From an uncultured Calditrichaceae bacterium (lineage in GTDB: Bacteria > Calditrichota > Calditrichia > RBG-13-44-9 > J075), in NCBI GenBank assembly GCA_964416895.1, contig CAYQGB010000005.1, positions 1 through 41,070 of the forward strand: a stretch of 41,070 nt of DNA, given 5' to 3'. Below the pieces are notes generated by a model, which worked only from the letters and a program-made list of their open reading frames with translations, was not told where the DNA came from and made no database searches. Below, piece after piece: positions 38,110-41,070 of the stretch. The position numbers and the translations under genes were made by a program. Position 1 is the stretch's first letter. Each line of letters starts with the position of its first letter.

Positions 38110-39247
38110 TGTTCTGGTATATGTATCCGATCCTGACGCCTCCGGCGAGGTGGAAGCGCTGTTTTCCGAAGGCTGGTATCGGCTTCAACTGGTGGATCAA
38201 CTTTCCGGGGTGATGGAAATATGCCAGCAGGAGCTTATTGATCTGATCGTGGTCTGGAATCCAACGCCGGATGAGGTGCGGGAATTGCATGGGCAGCTTT
38301 ATGAACAGGGATTTGGCTACATCCCCCTGGTGGCGGTAGTACCCGACGATGCCGACTGGGGTCTTTTCGCCGATCTTCCCCTGGCCGAATTGATCCAGAT
38401 GTCCCTTCCCCGGGCGGAGTTCTTTCATTTATTATATCAAGTGTTGCTGGATGTGGATGTTCAGGCCAGCACGGTGGAGGGAACCAACTGGCAGGGCAGC
38501 CTGGAGGAATACAATCTTATCGACCTGATTCAAATGGTTGAGCACAGCCACCGGGATGCCGAACTGGTGCTGTCCTGGGGCGAACGGGTGGGAAAAGTGT
38601 TCTTCCACGAGGGCAAAATCATCAACGCCCAGTTCGAGCTGCTGCAGGGAATGCCCGCCCTGTATCGGCTGGCGCTGTGGTCCCGGGGACAATTCATGAC
38701 CCGGCTCTCCACCTGGCAATCCCTCAACGATGAAATCGGCCTGAGCAATCAGGAAATTCTGATGTCGCTGGTGGAAAAGCTGCTGAAGATCGGCCAGATT
38801 TCCCGGGGCCTGCCGGATCTGATGGAGCCGATCCTGCGCAACCCGTACGCGGAACTCACCGAATTAACCCCTCTGCAACACAAGATCGTGAATTACTGCG
38901 AGGCCGTTACCACAATTTTTGATCTGTTGATGACCCTGAGCGACGATCTGGAAGAGGTGATGCTGGAAATGAAGGGGCTGTTCCGCATGGGCGTATTGGG
39001 GCGGAAAGAAGATGTGGAGCGGCGTATCCAGGAGGAGAAACAGAAGAGCGGCCTGGGCAAGCTGGTTTCGTCTATCTCCTCGGTGTTTCGCAAAAAGCCG
39101 GCTTCGCAATCCCTGTTGCCGGAAGATGATTTCGTTCCCGAAGACCAGCTTCCCCCGGCCCAACCCCGGGTGAAGATTCCTCCGCTTCAACTGGATGAAA
39201 ACACGCTGCAACGGATTCACCACCGAATAGAGGCATTGGGGCGATGA
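38102..39247 (+). CDS. Receiver-like + DUF4388 domain protein
   Basis: IDLIVVW REC-like strand; QGSLEEYNLIDLIQ...GKVFFHEGKIINA...W.RGQF; ATG 38102 overlaps the upstream gene. Confidence 0.75.
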   Translation: MHDVLVYVSDPDASGEVEALFSEGWYRLQLVDQLSGVMEICQQELIDLIVVWNPTPDEVRELHGQLYEQGFGYIPLVAVVPDDADWGLFADLPLAELIQMSLPRAEFFHLLYQVLLDVDVQASTVEGTNWQGSLEEYNLIDLIQMVEHSHRDAELVLSWGERVGKVFFHEGKIINAQFELLQGMPALYRLALWSRGQFMTRLSTWQSLNDEIGLSNQEILMSLVEKLLKIGQISRGLPDLMEPILRNPYAELTELTPLQHKIVNYCEAVTTIFDLLMTLSDDLEEVMLEMKGLFRMGVLGRKEDVERRIQEEKQKSGLGKLVSSISSVFRKKPASQSLLPEDDFVPEDQLPPAQPRVKIPPLQLDENTLQRIHHRIEALGR

Positions 39248-39729
39248 AGTTTATCGAAACCGCGGTAATCGCTCAACATCCCCGGGATCTGGAAGCACTG
39301 ATGGGATTTTTAGAGGCGGATCGGGAAACCGTGGCCGGGGTGGAAGTGTACCGCTTTGAAATCGACACCGATTTGATTGCCCTGCTATACGATTTCCATC
39401 CCGAAAAGGCGCTTCCGGAAGCGGTATTGGAACATCTGAATCCCCATCTGGAGGCCCTGTTGCTGATGGTTCAGAAGCCTTTTGAGGAAACCGACAGGGA
39501 ACTGGCGGCGCACATGAACCGAATCGCCTCTACCTTTTCTCATCTTCCCACCATTATGGCCGTGCGGATAACCCCGGAAAGCCTGGCCGCACTGCCTGCC
39601 CCGATTCGAGAACAGGGGTTATTCCTCTCTTCCCGGGGGCGGATGATGTTCTGGCATCCTTCCGACCGGGATTCTCAGGCACGCATCTGGGAGATGCTCT
39701 GGCATCAACTTCCCCGGCATCAATCCTGA
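39244..39729 (+). CDS. Hypothetical protein, possibly a highly degenerate small-GTPase fold
   Basis: ATGA overlap; beta/alpha pattern parallels the C-terminal domain of 36628-38109. Confidence 0.6.
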   Translation: MKFIETAVIAQHPRDLEALMGFLEADRETVAGVEVYRFEIDTDLIALLYDFHPEKALPEAVLEHLNPHLEALLLMVQKPFEETDRELAAHMNRIASTFSHLPTIMAVRITPESLAALPAPIREQGLFLSSRGRMMFWHPSDRDSQARIWEMLWHQLPRHQS

Positions 39730-39753
39730 GCAGGATACCGTTTCGTCCTCCTT

Positions 39754-40617
39754 ATGGAAACAACTCGCAGCGTTTACATCGGTCTGGATATCGGGGGCAC
39801 CAAAACGCTGGTGGCTGCCGCCACGGAAACGGGCCGGATTCTTACCCTGCGCCGGGCCGATACCCCCCTTAAACTTGCACAAGGGCTACAACTGATCAAG
39901 GATTTGACCCGGGAGGTAGCCCAGGGGGCCACCATTCGGGGAATGGGTGCTGCCGTGGGTGGGCCGCTGGAATACCGCACCGGGGTGGTCTCTCCGCTGC
40001 ACCAGCCGGAATGGCGAGAGGTTCCCCTGAAGCAGATCATGGAGACCGAATTTCAGGCCCCCTTCACCGTGGATGTGGATACCAATCTGGCCGCGCTGGG
40101 AGAATACACCTTCGGCGGGGAACGCTCCTCCCGGCTGTTGTACATCACCCTGAGCACCGGGATGGGCGGAGGCCTCCTCCTCGAGGGGGAAATTTACCGG
40201 GGCGTCGATGGCGCGCATCCGGAAGTGGGGCACCAGGCCATTCCCTTTCGCTGCGCCTATCCGGAGCGGGTGCAGTGCGAGTGCGGGGCGCCGGATTGCC
40301 TGGAAGGCCTCATTTCCGGGAACGCCATCCGGCGCATTTACGGGAAACCACCCGAAGCGCTCACCGATGCAGAATGGGCAGAGGTGGGATATAACCTGGG
40401 GCAGGGCCTGCGCAACGCCGCCGCGCTGTATGCCCCGGAAGTCATCGTGCTGGGAGGAGGGGTGGCTTTGGGTGGCGGGGAAAAGCTGCTGACACCGGCC
40501 CGGGAAGTGCTCCGTCGCCACCTGAATATTGTGCCCGTGCCGGAAGTGCGGCTCAGCCATCTGCAGGATCAAGCCCCGCTGATGGGCGCCATCGCGGTAG
40601 CGATACGTAACCAATAG
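39754..40617 (+). CDS. ROK family sugar kinase/regulator
   Basis: GLDIGGT, DVDTN, TLSTGMGGG, EVGH, CECG..DCLE. Confidence 0.9.
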   Translation: METTRSVYIGLDIGGTKTLVAAATETGRILTLRRADTPLKLAQGLQLIKDLTREVAQGATIRGMGAAVGGPLEYRTGVVSPLHQPEWREVPLKQIMETEFQAPFTVDVDTNLAALGEYTFGGERSSRLLYITLSTGMGGGLLLEGEIYRGVDGAHPEVGHQAIPFRCAYPERVQCECGAPDCLEGLISGNAIRRIYGKPPEALTDAEWAEVGYNLGQGLRNAAALYAPEVIVLGGGVALGGGEKLLTPAREVLRRHLNIVPVPEVRLSHLQDQAPLMGAIAVAIRNQ

Positions 40618-40672
40618 AGGCAGCGGCTAAGGCGCGATTTTGAGATAATCCCCTGTTGGTATGGAATCGAAT

Positions 40673-40716
40673 TATTGCGTATTGCGTATTGCGTATTGCG
40701 TATTTGCAATTGCGTA
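40673..40716. repeat. Heptamer tandem repeat TATTGCG x4 plus degenerate copies
   Basis: Perfect copies at 40673, 40680, 40687 and 40694. Confidence 0.9.
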
Positions 40717-40757
40717 ATCCAATGCACCATGCGGGGGCTGAATTTCTTTTGTGGGTA

Positions 40758-40908
40758 AATGTCGGTCTTCAATCACCGACTGCGTCAGGATGTCCCGACG
40801 GCACCGGGATGCAAGCACAAGCACAGGCTCAGACCGACATTCTCGGGCTGTCATCCTGATTCCGCCAGGGCGGAACCCGACGCAGTCGGTGGTTGAAGGA
40901 TGACAGCC
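40758..40908. repeat. Composite REP/MITE-like element with three pairs of inverted repeats
   Basis: 40758-40768/40831-40841, 40846-40857/40897-40908 and 40767-40786/40879-40898. Confidence 0.7.
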
Positions 40909-41070
40909 AACGCTCAGGGTATCCCGCCCCGCCGTGGCCCCGCCCAGGCGGGGTAAACTTAAGCCGGTTATTAGAGCCTCGGCTGATCAGGGCGGTAACC
41001 TTTAGCTGGGCGTTCTTGCCCTCACCCTACCCCTCCCGCCCCGACAGCCCGAAAATACCGGAGTTTTTCC

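Noticed and set aside
40905-40975. Possible integron attC site
   Set aside because: Core sites do not fit RYYYAAC/GTTRRRY well and there is no cassette ORF or integrase

Overview
Bacterial chromosomal window, mostly housekeeping genes. Gene content (two exbD copies, a GlmU-like NTP_transf_4 protein, fused 2-oxoacid oxidoreductase alpha subunit, csrA, a PyrR attenuator) suggests an FCB-group organism such as Calditrichota/KSB1; this is inference only. In order: a truncated coiled-coil-repeat/PD-(D/E)XK protein, a PRMT-like methyltransferase, a DinB-fold protein and a PAP2 phosphatase; a STAS / REC-anti-sigma kinase / REC-DHp-REC signalling cluster; mutT and nrnA; tRNA-Arg(ACG)-tadA-tRNA-Ser; korAB; csrA; a ferritin-like gene with dnaK-grpE; cpoB-tRNA-Val-PyrR attenuator-pyrRBC; purNH-mreBCD-mrdA-rodA-lgt with a 4-copy perfect-palindrome array between mreB and mreC; a DUF433/DUF5615 toxin-antitoxin pair; GlmU-like/ROK/LD-carboxypeptidase; exbB-exbD-exbD-tonB; a three-gene pseudo-receiver/DUF4388/degenerate MglA-CvnD-like GTPase module; a second ROK gene; and REP-like inverted repeats at the right end. 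Best candidates for undescribed biology are the three-gene pseudo-GTPase module, the bacterial PRMT-like enzyme with an intact double-E loop, a probable sigma54-type promoter driving pseudo-ferritin-dnaK-grpE, and the palindrome array. No CRISPR array, rRNA or transposase was seen. All family assignments are by-eye motif recognition, not database searches.
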